DNA from: a virus | Lineage: Duplodnaviria; Caudoviricetes | IMG/VR virus record: IMGVR_UViG_3300037311_000443 | Span: 1 to 40,160 of that record | Length of the DNA stretch: 40,160 nt | Strand: one strand, 5' to 3' | Part shown: piece after piece, positions 16,701-25,667 of the stretch | Layout: every line of letters starts with the position of its first letter | How positions within the stretch are numbered: position 1 is the stretch's first letter | Translations under genes and position numbers: made by a program | The notes under the pieces: generated by a model | Told to the model about the DNA's origin: nothing | What the model saw: only the letters and a program-made list of their open reading frames with translations | The model's database searches: none

Positions 16701-17245
16701 GGCTGTCGGAGCCGACGCAGAAGAGCACGTGGCAGACGCCGCCCCCGCTTCTCGAAGCGGTGAGGGCGGCGGGCGTGCGCCTCGAGCTCGACCCTGCGAC
16801 GGCGCCCGACAACCCGACGCGCGCGAAGTACTTCTTCTCGCCCGAAGCTCCGCGCGCCGACGTCGAGGGGCGGTGGCTCGGTCACGACGGGCTCAGTGCA
16901 GCGTGGCCCCACGTCCCGCTCTTCTCGAATCCGCCATGGTCGAAGGAGCGGCCGATCGAGCCGTGGATCAGCGCGCTGTGTGCATGGCTCGACGAGACGC
17001 GCGCGCGCTTCAAGGCGCACGCACCGGAGGCGACTCTCGTCCTTCCCGACGCGCTCAACACGCGGTGGTCGCACGCGCTGCTCGCGCGTCGCCTTCGTGT
17101 CTTCGCGCCCGCGCGACGCGTCGCCTACGTCGACCCCGAAACGGGTGTGATCGCGCCCGGCTCGATGTTCAACAGCCTGATCTTCGCACGCTGGACGAGC
17201 GCGCAGCGCCGAGCCTTCCGCTACGCGAACGGGAGGTGGGTGTGA
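16697..17245 (+). CDS. Phage DNA N6-adenine methyltransferase (phage Dam family)
   Basis: WQTP, LDPA, DGL..W, catalytic NPPW and LVLP..NTRW motifs. Confidence 0.8.
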   Translation: MRLSEPTQKSTWQTPPPLLEAVRAAGVRLELDPATAPDNPTRAKYFFSPEAPRADVEGRWLGHDGLSAAWPHVPLFSNPPWSKERPIEPWISALCAWLDETRARFKAHAPEATLVLPDALNTRWSHALLARRLRVFAPARRVAYVDPETGVIAPGSMFNSLIFARWTSAQRRAFRYANGRWV

Positions 17246-17367
17246 CGCGTCGATCGAAGCGCCGGTCGTTCTTCTGGCTGCACCTCAGGTGCGCCGTCGT
17301 GACCTTCCCGCTGTGGGTCGGTCCGTTCGTTCGTGACTTGGTTCGGAACCCACCGAATCGCGTTTGA
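17242..17367 (+). CDS. Small hydrophobic peptide
   Basis: 41 aa, GTGA overlap with the MTase stop. Confidence 0.35.
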   Translation: MTRRSKRRSFFWLHLRCAVVTFPLWVGPFVRDLVRNPPNRV

Positions 17368-17377
17368 GGAGGTCTCG

Positions 17378-17686
17378 GTGCTGAATGTGAAACAAGGGAC
17401 GATCCTGCGATTGCAGTGCACGCACACGAGCGGGGACGACGTCGTCGACCTGACGGGCGTGACGGTGACGTCCGCCGCTCGACTCGAGAGCTCGGCGGGC
17501 GAGAGCGAACTCCACGAGCTCACCGCGACGCTCACCGACGCCGCCAGCGGCGTCTTCGAGCTCGAGGCGGACACGACCGAGTGGACTCGAGGCCGCTTCA
17601 AGGTCGACGTGAAGTTCGCGGCCTCGGGCTCGCGCTACTGGAGCGAGACCTTCCACGTTTCTCTCGCGGAGCCGGTGACGCCGTGA
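17378..17686 (+). CDS. BppU-N-like / Ig-like virion adaptor protein
   Basis: GAGGAGG RBS. KQGT...VDLTG...DAASG.F...T..W..G....DV......SETF pattern. Confidence 0.6.
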   Translation: MLNVKQGTILRLQCTHTSGDDVVDLTGVTVTSAARLESSAGESELHELTATLTDAASGVFELEADTTEWTRGRFKVDVKFAASGSRYWSETFHVSLAEPVTP

Positions 17687-18765
17687 CGCTGCACGTTCGA
17701 CTGATTGATCCGATCACGGGTCTCGTGCTCGCGCGCGAGACCGTCGCCACGCTACGCGCTGCGGTGCAGGGTCCGCCCGGGCCTCCTGGCCCCGCCGGCG
17801 CTGCAGGAGAGCCCGGAGAGCCTGGCCCCGAGGGCCCGCAGGGTCCTCCGGGCGATCCGGGCGGACCTCCGGGACCGGAAGGGCCGAGCGCGTACGACGT
17901 CGCCGTCGCGAACGGGTTCGTCGGCACCGAGAGCGAGTGGCTCACGTCGCTCGTGGGGCCCGAGGGTCCGCAAGGACTGCAGGGCGTCCAGGGTCCGCAG
18001 GGCCTGCAGGGCATCCAGGGGCCCGCGGGCGCGCAGGGCGAGCAAGGACCCGCCGGGCCGCAAGGTCCGCAGGGCGACGCCGGTCCGGCCGGTGCGACGG
18101 GAGCGACGGGCCCGCAGGGCGACCCGGGACCCGCGGGTGCGCAGGGGCCGCAAGGTCCGCAAGGCGACGTGGGACCCGCGGGCGCGGATGGCGCGGCGGG
18201 AGCCGTGCCGTGGGTCGGCGCCGTGATCCCTGGTCGCTACTACGCGCTCGGGGGTGTCGGGACGGGGCTCGGCGTGTCGACGATTGTCGGCACGGCCAAC
18301 CGGGTCGAGCTGTACCCGTGTCCGCGCCGGACTCTGTTTGGAGCGCTCGCGGGCATCGCGGCGCAGGTGCTTTCCGGCGTGGCCGGAGCGACGTTCCGCA
18401 TCTGGATCTACGCGCCCGACGCGGATGGGTGGCCGGACGAGTTGCTCTGGGACTCGGGTGATCTCTCCGGTGCGACGCCAGCCGGGCTCCGCGAGGTGAC
18501 GTCGGGACTTCCTGACGTCGACGCGCACGCGCTGCTCTGGGTCGGCATCGCGCACAGCGGCGCGCCCACGATGCGCGCGCACGCGCAGGGCGACGCGATT
18601 CGATTTGGTGGTTGGGGGACCAACCCCGTCACGCAGCCGAACGCGGGCACGGTCATTCGACGAGACGGCGTCACGCTCGCCTCGCCTCCTGATCCTTGGG
18701 TTTTCAACGCGTCCGAGATCGTCGCCCTGACGACGCCCCACGTCATCTTCGTACGGAAGGCGTGA
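17683..18765 (+). CDS. Collagen-like fibre protein with globular C-terminal domain
   Basis: Two Gly-X-Y runs separated by [22 protein letters not shown], a motif common in phage collagen fibres. Confidence 0.85.
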   Translation: MTLHVRLIDPITGLVLARETVATLRAAVQGPPGPPGPAGAAGEPGEPGPEGPQGPPGDPGGPPGPEGPSAYDVAVANGFVGTESEWLTSLVGPEGPQGLQGVQGPQGLQGIQGPAGAQGEQGPAGPQGPQGDAGPAGATGATGPQGDPGPAGAQGPQGPQGDVGPAGADGAAGAVPWVGAVIPGRYYALGGVGTGLGVSTIVGTANRVELYPCPRRTLFGALAGIAAQVLSGVAGATFRIWIYAPDADGWPDELLWDSGDLSGATPAGLREVTSGLPDVDAHALLWVGIAHSGAPTMRAHAQGDAIRFGGWGTNPVTQPNAGTVIRRDGVTLASPPDPWVFNASEIVALTTPHVIFVRKA

Positions 18766-18832
18766 TGGACACGAGTCGTGCCAGACCCCCCGGTCCGACA
18801 GTGCTGGGGGACACAACACCAGGGGGTGGCGA

Positions 18833-19507
18833 GTGAGTACTCCGGCGAGTTTTCGCGCAAATTCTCAGGTTACGGTTACGCCCTCCGAGCCCGTAACCGG
18901 AGGTGTAACCGAGGGTCAGCGTCGTCTCGCCGAGCTCGACGCGAAGGCGAGCGAGATCGCGACGGTGTGCCGGGTGTCGCGCCCCGCGGTTTCCCAATGG
19001 AAGGCGGGGAAAAAGGTTCCCGCGCCCGCCGCGCGCGAGCTGCTCGAGAAGCGCTACGGCATCCCTCGAATCACGTGGGAGAGGCCCGCGGGTTGGTCCG
19101 CCGACGCCCCGGTTACGCCCCGGGCGACCGCCCTGAGCGATGGTAACCGGACCCCTCGTCCGGTTACCGAGTCGGCGAGCTCCACACCGACGACGCTCGA
19201 GGAGGTGCTCGCTCGGATCGAGGAGCTCGCCGAGCTCGCGCAAGACCCCGACCTCACCCCGAGCGAACGACTGAAGCTCGAAGACACCCGGGTGAAGTAC
19301 TACACGCTCGCGCACCGGATCATCCGAGACCGGGAGCTCTCCGAGGAGAAGATCGTGCGCCGGCATCCTCTCTTCGAGCGGGTCGCTCGCACCATCCTCG
19401 TTGCCCTCCGCCCGTGGCCGGACGCGATGCGGGCGGTCGCGGCGGCACTTCGCGACCACGTGCCCGAGGCCGTGAGCGCTGCTCTCCCGGAGGCCTCCGA
19501 CGGATGA
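18833..19507 (+). CDS. Terminase small subunit candidate with N-terminal XRE-like HTH
   Basis: Directly upstream of terL with ATGA overlap. HTH ASEIATVCRVSRPAVSQWKAG and helical C-domain. Start uncertain. Confidence 0.7.
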   Translation: MSTPASFRANSQVTVTPSEPVTGGVTEGQRRLAELDAKASEIATVCRVSRPAVSQWKAGKKVPAPAARELLEKRYGIPRITWERPAGWSADAPVTPRATALSDGNRTPRPVTESASSTPTTLEEVLARIEELAELAQDPDLTPSERLKLEDTRVKYYTLAHRIIRDRELSEEKIVRRHPLFERVARTILVALRPWPDAMRAVAAALRDHVPEAVSAALPEASDG

Positions 19508-21174
19508 CGACGTCGGCCGCGACCGAGGTCGCTCTTCGCCGCCGGCCACGGCAGGTCGAGGAGCGCGTAACCGCCGAGCGTGCGATCGGCGAGCTGCTCG
19601 ACACGGAGCTCGAGACGGCGGGCCGCATCCAATGGCCGAGCGACCGGTATCGGCAGGACCCCGTCGCCTTCGCGACCGAGATCCTCGGCGTGCGACCGTG
19701 GAACCGTCAGGTCGAGATCCTGCTCGCGGTGCGTGATCACCTGCGCGTCGCGATCGCGAGCGGCCACAAAATCGGAAAGAGCCACTCCGCCGCGATCATC
19801 GCGCTTTGGTACTTCTGCAGCTACCCGGACGCGCGCGTCGTGATGTCCTCGACGACGGCGCGACAGGTCGATCAGATCCTCTGGCGCGAGCTGCAGATGA
19901 TGCGCGCGCGCTCGGGGAAGTGTGCGCAGTGCAAGGACGAGGACCCGAACGATCGTATTCGTCGACCGTGCCCGCACTCCGCGTTGATCGAAGGGAAGAT
20001 CGGGGAGCTCGCGAGAACGGGTCTCAAGTCGGACGACTTCCGCGAGATCGTCGGCTTTACCGCCCGCGAGGCCGAGGCCGTCGCCGGCATCAGCGGTCGG
20101 CACCTGCTCTACATCATCGACGAGGCCTCTGGCGTCCCCGACGTGATCTTCGAGGCCATCGAGGGCAACCGCGCCGGTGGTGCTCGACTCGTGATGTTCT
20201 CGAACCCGACACGAACGTCGGGCGAGTTCTTCGACGCATTCCACTCGAAGAAGGACCTCTACCACACGATCCAGCTCTCCTCGGAAACGAGCCCGAACGT
20301 CGTCGCGGGTGAGATCGTGATCCCTGGTCTCGCAGGCCCCGACTGGATCGCCGAGAAGCGCCGCGAGTGGGGCGAGGACTCCCCGACCTACAAGGTCCGC
20401 GTGAAGGGCGAGTTCGCGCTCGCTGAGGACGGGAAGATCTTCACGATCCACGCGATCGCGGAGGCCGGAAAGCGGTGGCTCGAGACGAGCTCGGACGGTC
20501 GCCTCTTCTTCGGCGTCGACCCGGCTGGCGCGAGCGGCACCGGAGACGAAACGGCCGGCGCGCTACGCCGCGGTCTGAAGGCGCTCGAGCTGCTCACGAA
20601 GCGGGGCATGACGGCTGCGCAGCACGTCGAGTGGATCGTGTCTGTGCTCGCGGCCGCGCGTCTCCCTCGCGAGACGCCGGTCGTCGTGTTCGACCGGGAG
20701 GGTCCGATCGGCGCCGAGCTGTACGGTCTGCTCCGGGCGTTCATCGAGCTTCATCCCGGACTCTTCGAGATCGTCGCGGTCCGAGCGAGCGACCGTGCGC
20801 TGCGCCTGCCGCACATCTACGACCGCCAGCGCGACGCGCTCGCGGCGAACCTCGAGTCGTGGTTCCGTGACGGCGGCGCGATCCCGGAGGACGCGCGCCT
20901 CGAGGCCGAGTTGCATGTGCTCGAGTGGACGCAGGTCGCGTCAGGGCGGATGAAGGTCACGCCGAAGGACGAGATCCGAAAGATCCTCGGACGCTCTCCC
21001 GACCGATACGACGCGCTCGCGCTCGCGTGCTGGGAGCCGTTGTCCCTCCGCGAAGAGGAGCTCCCGCCCGCCGTTCGTGCGTCGGGCGAGCGACGCGAGC
21101 GAGACGACGACGACGACATGCCGAGTCTCGATCCGTACGCGGGTCGCTCGACGTGGCGCGGGAGTCGAAGGTGA
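19504..21174 (+). CDS. terL: Terminase large subunit
   Basis: Walker A SGHKIGKS, Walker B YIIDEA, SNP coupling motif, nuclease FGVDPA and SPDRYDALALA. Confidence 0.92.
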   Translation: MTTSAATEVALRRRPRQVEERVTAERAIGELLDTELETAGRIQWPSDRYRQDPVAFATEILGVRPWNRQVEILLAVRDHLRVAIASGHKIGKSHSAAIIALWYFCSYPDARVVMSSTTARQVDQILWRELQMMRARSGKCAQCKDEDPNDRIRRPCPHSALIEGKIGELARTGLKSDDFREIVGFTAREAEAVAGISGRHLLYIIDEASGVPDVIFEAIEGNRAGGARLVMFSNPTRTSGEFFDAFHSKKDLYHTIQLSSETSPNVVAGEIVIPGLAGPDWIAEKRREWGEDSPTYKVRVKGEFALAEDGKIFTIHAIAEAGKRWLETSSDGRLFFGVDPAGASGTGDETAGALRRGLKALELLTKRGMTAAQHVEWIVSVLAAARLPRETPVVVFDREGPIGAELYGLLRAFIELHPGLFEIVAVRASDRALRLPHIYDRQRDALAANLESWFRDGGAIPEDARLEAELHVLEWTQVASGRMKVTPKDEIRKILGRSPDRYDALALACWEPLSLREEELPPAVRASGERRERDDDDDMPSLDPYAGRSTWRGSRR

Positions 21175-21383
21175 CCGAGGGGCGTCGACTGCTTCTGCTC
21201 GTTCTACAGCGGACCACGGGACGTCACGTCGCCGCGCGGTGTCGCGTAACCCCATGCCGCGTATCCGCGTGGATCAGCGGGCGCACGAAGCCATCCCCAC
21301 CGGCGCGCAAGCTGCTCGAGTCGAACTACGAGATCCCGCGTGCCGCGTGGGATGTAACCGCGCGAAATCGGTTAACTCGTTGA
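21171..21383 (+). CDS. Small HTH protein, paralogue of the TerS-candidate N-domain
   Basis: MTEGRRLL...VAARCRVTPCRVSAWISGRTKPSPPARKLLESNYEIPRAAWD. GTGA overlap with the terL stop. Confidence 0.75.
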   Translation: MTEGRRLLLLVLQRTTGRHVAARCRVTPCRVSAWISGRTKPSPPARKLLESNYEIPRAAWDVTARNRLTR

Positions 21384-21424
21384 AGTGTCGCGCGGAGTGA
21401 AACGGAGTCCCGCACCTTCGACGC

Positions 21425-22753
21425 GTGGCCTCCCTCCGCCAACGACTCGGACTTCGCGTCGCGGCCCTTCTCGGGATCAGCGCGTACGTTGGGAACGCGT
21501 CCCGTGGTCCTCAGCTCGACGACGCCGACGTCATTCGCGCGCGCGAGATCCTCGGTGGCCAGCTCCAGCCGATCCCGTTCTCGCAGACGCGGTGGTACCT
21601 CGACGACCTCGAGGCCGCGGAGGTCAACGCCGACATGGGGCACCTCGCCGGCGCAGCGCGACTCATGCGCTCGGCGCGCAAGGACGGGATCCTCGCAGGC
21701 GTTCTCTCGACGCGAACCGCGGGCCTTGTGCGGCTGCCGAAGAAGTTCTCCGGTCTCCCGGACGCTGTTGCCGCGCTCGACCGCGCGCCAGGCTCTGCCC
21801 GAAGCGTGTTCGACGAGATGTGTCCGCCGTCGGAGCTCGCGGCGATGGCGGCCGACGGGATGCTTCTGGGCGTCGCGGTTGGCGAGCTCGTGCCGGTGCC
21901 TGGCCGGGACTACCCCGTGCTCGTGCGGCTCGACCCCGAGTTCCTCGTGTTTCGATGGGACCAGGGGATCTGGTACTTCCGCTCGATCGCCGGGCTGATT
22001 CCGATCACGCCGGGTGACGGTCGTTGGGTGCTTCACACGCCCGGCGGGCGCATCGCTCCGTGGCAGTCGGGGCTCTGGCGCTGCGTCGGGCGCGCGTACA
22101 TCACGAAGGACCACGCCCGCGAGCACAGGGACAACTGGGAGGCGAAGCTCGCCAACCCCGCGCGCGTCGCAGTCGCTCCTTCGGGCGCTTCGGAGGCGCG
22201 GCGTCAATCGTGGTTCCGGCAGGTGATGGCCTGGGGCGTGAACACGGTGTTCGCCCTCGACCCCGGCTACGACGTACGGCTGCTCGAGAGCAACGGCCGC
22301 GGCAGTGACTCGTTCCGTCAGACGATCTCCGAGCAGAACGAGGAGTTCATCATCGCGGTCGCGGGTCAGGTCGTGACGACCACGGGCGGGACCGGCTTCG
22401 CGAACGCGGACATCCACAAGTCGATCCGGGCCGACCTCATCAAGGCGACCGCCGACGACCTCGCGTTCACCGTGAACACTCAGATCCTTCCGCAGTGGGT
22501 GGTGGAAGCGTTCGGCGAAGAGGCGCTCGACGACAGCGTCGCGGTCGAGTGGGACGTCACTCCGCCGAAAGATCTCGCGCAGGAAGCGAACGCACAGCTC
22601 TCGGCCGCCAATGCGATCGTGCGTTTGACGGAGGCGTTCGCGGCCCACGGTCGCGACATCGACGTTGATCGTCTCGCCGAGCAGTACTCGATTCCCCTCA
22701 AGCGGCGTGAGGTCGACGCCCCCGCGCCGGTGTCGCTTCGGAGGGTCGCGTGA
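21425..22753 (+). CDS. Portal protein (Mu gp29/DUF935-like)
   Basis: Position after terL, 442 aa, DG.LAGVL.TR, G.AVGELV and AVAGQVVTT.GG motifs. Confidence 0.8.
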   Translation: MASLRQRLGLRVAALLGISAYVGNASRGPQLDDADVIRAREILGGQLQPIPFSQTRWYLDDLEAAEVNADMGHLAGAARLMRSARKDGILAGVLSTRTAGLVRLPKKFSGLPDAVAALDRAPGSARSVFDEMCPPSELAAMAADGMLLGVAVGELVPVPGRDYPVLVRLDPEFLVFRWDQGIWYFRSIAGLIPITPGDGRWVLHTPGGRIAPWQSGLWRCVGRAYITKDHAREHRDNWEAKLANPARVAVAPSGASEARRQSWFRQVMAWGVNTVFALDPGYDVRLLESNGRGSDSFRQTISEQNEEFIIAVAGQVVTTTGGTGFANADIHKSIRADLIKATADDLAFTVNTQILPQWVVEAFGEEALDDSVAVEWDVTPPKDLAQEANAQLSAANAIVRLTEAFAAHGRDIDVDRLAEQYSIPLKRREVDAPAPVSLRRVA

Positions 22754-24084
22754 GTCTGCGATTCGCACCACACGAGCCCGCAGCTCTGCTGCCGCGCGCG
22801 TTCGGAATGGAAGGGTTCTTCCACTTGCGGTCGGCCGACCCGTCGGTCGGCGCCGATGGAATCGCCACGATTCCGATCCGCGGACCGCTCATGCACCACA
22901 CGTCGTGGTGCTTCGACTCGTACGACGCGATCCGAGAGCGCGTGCACCAGGCCATCGCCGCGGGAGCGAAGACGGTCGTTCTCGACCTCGACACGCCGGG
23001 CGGACTCGTGAGCGGCGCCTTCGACTGCGCACGCGAGCTCCGCGCGCTCGCCGACTCCACCAACGTTCGTCTCGTCGCCTACGTGGCCGGACAGGCTTGC
23101 AGCGCGGGCTACTCGCTCGCGTGCGCGTGCGACGAGATCGTCGCGAGCCCGACCTCGCTCGTAGGGTCGATCGGAGTGATCGACGCGCTGCTCGATCTCA
23201 CCGCGCAAGATGCGATGTACGGGGCGCGCTTCGCGATCGTCGCGAGCGGTGCCCGCAAAGCGGACGGTGCCCCGCATCAGCCGCTCACGGACGACGCGAT
23301 CGCCGCGCGACAGGCGACGGTCGACGAACTCGCGCGCGCGTTCGCTGAACTTGTCGCCGAGCGCCGCGGTCGCGGCGTCGACGAGGTCCTCTCCCTCGAG
23401 GCCGCGACGTTCACCGGCGCGTCGGCCGTGTCGATCGGTCTCGTGGACCGCGTCGCGACCCGAGACGAGTTCCTCACGCAACTGCGTGCAGGTCCCACCC
23501 AGAAGCAGGAGGCGCACATGGGCGCAAAGGCGGGCGACGAGCCCGAGAAGAAGGACGACGTCGCCGACGCCATCGCCACGCTTCGCCGCGCGGCGGAGGA
23601 CGGCGACGAAAAGGCGAAGCGGATGCTCGCGGCGATGGAGGACGAGGACGAGGACAAGCCCTCGGCCGAGTCGGACGCGGACGCGGACGAGGACGAAGAG
23701 AAGCCCGCCGCGGAGAGCGAGGAAAAGCCCAGCGCGAAGACGCGCGAGGCGAAGCTCGAGGCGGACCTTCGTGAGGCGCTCCTCGCCGGACGCCCCGACC
23801 TCAAGCCCGAGCAGCGAGTGAAGCTCGAGAAGCTCGACACCGAGTCGCTCCGTGTCGCGCTCAGCGCGATCCCTAAGCCCTCGTCCGGCCGCGCCGCGGC
23901 CGGTGCGGCGACCACCACCGTCATGCCGACGCTCGGCGAGACGCAGAAAGACGGCGCGAAGCCGAAGGACGCGACCGACGTCGCGCTCGCACAGGAGATG
24001 GGGCTCGTGAAGACCGAGCTCGCCGTGATCGACCAGGGCAACAAGCTGCTTCTCGGCGCCGTCGTACCGCGAAAGGACGCGTGA
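22750..24084 (+). CDS. S49-family capsid maturation protease with C-terminal scaffold
   Basis: DLDTPGG, ACSAGYSLA, VGSIGV, A.SIGLVD motifs and an acidic scaffold tail. Confidence 0.88.
   Translation: MSLRFAPHEPAALLPRAFGMEGFFHLRSADPSVGADGIATIPIRGPLMHHTSWCFDSYDAIRERVHQAIAAGAKTVVLDLDTPGGLVSGAFDCARELRALADSTNVRLVAYVAGQACSAGYSLACACDEIVASPTSLVGSIGVIDALLDLTAQDAMYGARFAIVASGARKADGAPHQPLTDDAIAARQATVDELARAFAELVAERRGRGVDEVLSLEAATFTGASAVSIGLVDRVATRDEFLTQLRAGPTQKQEAHMGAKAGDEPEKKDDVADAIATLRRAAEDGDEKAKRMLAAMEDEDEDKPSAESDADADEDEEKPAAESEEKPSAKTREAKLEADLREALLAGRPDLKPEQRVKLEKLDTESLRVALSAIPKPSSGRAAAGAATTTVMPTLGETQKDGAKPKDATDVALAQEMGLVKTELAVIDQGNKLLLGAVVPRKDA
23518..24084 (+). CDS. Nested in-frame scaffolding protein (internal start)
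   Basis: AGGAGG RBS at 23507-23512 before the in-frame ATG 23518, as in lambda C/Nu3 and Mu I/Z. Confidence 0.6.
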   Translation: MGAKAGDEPEKKDDVADAIATLRRAAEDGDEKAKRMLAAMEDEDEDKPSAESDADADEDEEKPAAESEEKPSAKTREAKLEADLREALLAGRPDLKPEQRVKLEKLDTESLRVALSAIPKPSSGRAAAGAATTTVMPTLGETQKDGAKPKDATDVALAQEMGLVKTELAVIDQGNKLLLGAVVPRKDA

Positions 24085-24085
24085 C

Positions 24086-24514
24086 ATGACCACCCTTTTC
24101 GTCACTCGCTACGTCGAGCTCGTGCTCGCGAGCGGTGAGTCCGCCGTCGAACTCGGCATCGCCGCGATCGACCTCTCGACCGGTCAGGTCGTGGCCGATC
24201 TCGACGCTGCGAACCTCCTGCACATCGGTCGCTTCGTGGAGGCCGCCACCGGGAACGGGACTCGGACCGTGCGCGTGGAGCTCTTCCAGGAGATCCCGCT
24301 CGTTCGCGTTCCGAACGCCGCGGGCGGGGATGCCGTCGACGCCGGCGACATCGGCAGCTTCGTCTACCTCGCGGCGAACGGCGCCGCGACCACCGCGACG
24401 ACCACGTCGCTCTTCGGACGCGTGTGGGGCCTGCAGTCGTCGGCCTCGCAAGTGCTCGTCCAACCGCTGCTCACGATGGGCCCGACGGGTCCCGAGGGCC
24501 CGCCGGGTCCGTGA
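24086..24514 (+). CDS. Head decoration/cement protein ending in a collagen stub
   Basis: Between scaffold and MCP. DIGSFVYLA..FGRVW motif. C-terminus GPTGPEGPPGP. Confidence 0.7.
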   Translation: MTTLFVTRYVELVLASGESAVELGIAAIDLSTGQVVADLDAANLLHIGRFVEAATGNGTRTVRVELFQEIPLVRVPNAAGGDAVDAGDIGSFVYLAANGAATTATTTSLFGRVWGLQSSASQVLVQPLLTMGPTGPEGPPGP

Positions 24515-24548
24515 CCTGACGAGCTGATTCTCACGAAAGGACCGGAGA

Positions 24549-25589
24549 ATGCCCGCCGTAACTCCCACGTTCGTCGTCAAGGTGACGGACAACGTCAAGC
24601 AGATCGCTCGTTCGGACTACGAGCGCATCGCCCGCAACAACTGGTGGCAGCGCGTTGCAAAAGCGACCACCAGCACCTCGAAGCGCGAGGTGCTGTGGTG
24701 GTTGCTCGAGACCGCCAAGCTCGAGAAATCGATCGCCCCGCGTGGCGGCGGCGCTCGACACTTCGACGACATCCTCTCGAACATGTTCGAGTTCGAGCAC
24801 GAGAACGCCGAGAGCGGTCTCTTGCTCAAGAAAGAGCAGTTCGAGGACCACGACGGCAAGGGCGTGAAGCTCGCGGCCCACTGGGCGAAGGGGATCGGAT
24901 CTTGGTCGGCCTACTGGCCGCAGAAGGTGCTCTCGGACGCGATCCTCGCGAACCCCGTCGCCTACGACGGCGTGACGTTCTTCCACCCGTCGGGTCACCC
25001 GATCGACGGGCGATCGGTCACGAGCGGGACATTCGCGAACGACTTCACTGGCGCGGCGTCCGGCATCTACCCCGGGGCCGTTCCGATCGGCGGCGCGACC
25101 ACGGTCGAAGTCGCGCTCGCCAACCTCACCCGTGCGGAGGCGTACATCAGCTCGATCAAGTCCCCGGACGGTCGCCCTCGCAACCTGCAGCTCTCGGGGA
25201 TCATCGTGCCGCCTGCGCTCTACGCGCGCGCTCTGCAGCTCACACAGGCGAAGTCCATCGTCCAGAGCGCGGCTTCGGGGGCACTCGTGGGAGACGTGGC
25301 CGCGGTCGTCGCCTCCCTCAACCTCGGCATGCCGATCAAGGCTCCCGAGCTCGGTGCGAACTTTCCCGGCGGGTCGGATTCGACCTACTACCTCCTCGCC
25401 GAGGAGGTCGCGAGCGACGACCTCGGAGCGTTCGTCTACTCGGTTCGCGAGCCGTTCGCGATCAATTACGTGGGCCCGGAGACGGACCGCGAGTGTGCGC
25501 GGGCTCGCGAACTCGAGTGGCACGTCGAGGGCCGCACGGCGCTCGCCCCGGGTCACCCGTTCATGCTCTTCCGCTGTCGGGCCACCTGA
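24549..25589 (+). CDS. Major capsid protein (Mu gpT-like)
   Basis: FEDHD.G, YDG..FF...HP, IIVPPAL and YYLL..FVYS.RE motifs. 346 aa. Confidence 0.85.
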   Translation: MPAVTPTFVVKVTDNVKQIARSDYERIARNNWWQRVAKATTSTSKREVLWWLLETAKLEKSIAPRGGGARHFDDILSNMFEFEHENAESGLLLKKEQFEDHDGKGVKLAAHWAKGIGSWSAYWPQKVLSDAILANPVAYDGVTFFHPSGHPIDGRSVTSGTFANDFTGAASGIYPGAVPIGGATTVEVALANLTRAEAYISSIKSPDGRPRNLQLSGIIVPPALYARALQLTQAKSIVQSAASGALVGDVAAVVASLNLGMPIKAPELGANFPGGSDSTYYLLAEEVASDDLGAFVYSVREPFAINYVGPETDRECARARELEWHVEGRTALAPGHPFMLFRCRAT

Positions 25590-25608
25590 CACGGATCGAC
25601 GACCACAT

Positions 25609-25660
25609 CAGCGGCGCGCGTCTTCTTGGCGGTCGGCGCGCGCCGCTGGTCCTTCTGTGT
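25609..25660 (+). terminator. Stem-loop after the MCP gene (terminator/attenuator)
   Basis: Perfect 12-bp stem CAGCGGCGCGCG(25609-25620)/CGCGCGCCGCTG(25637-25648) followed by a weakly U-rich tail. Confidence 0.55.
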
Positions 25661-25667
25661 TCAGCGC

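Noticed and set aside
17770-18200. Repetitive GGx-CCx-CAG DNA resembling a repeat array
   Set aside because: Explained by collagen Gly-X-Y coding. No constant repeat with unique spacers, so not CRISPR.
18766-18832. C-run/G-run segment before terS as a cos site
   Set aside because: Only a vague resemblance. No defensible cos sequence can be called without end mapping.
24512-24549. Read-through fusion of the decoration protein to the major capsid protein
   Set aside because: The MCP start is in a different frame and no slippery site is evident.
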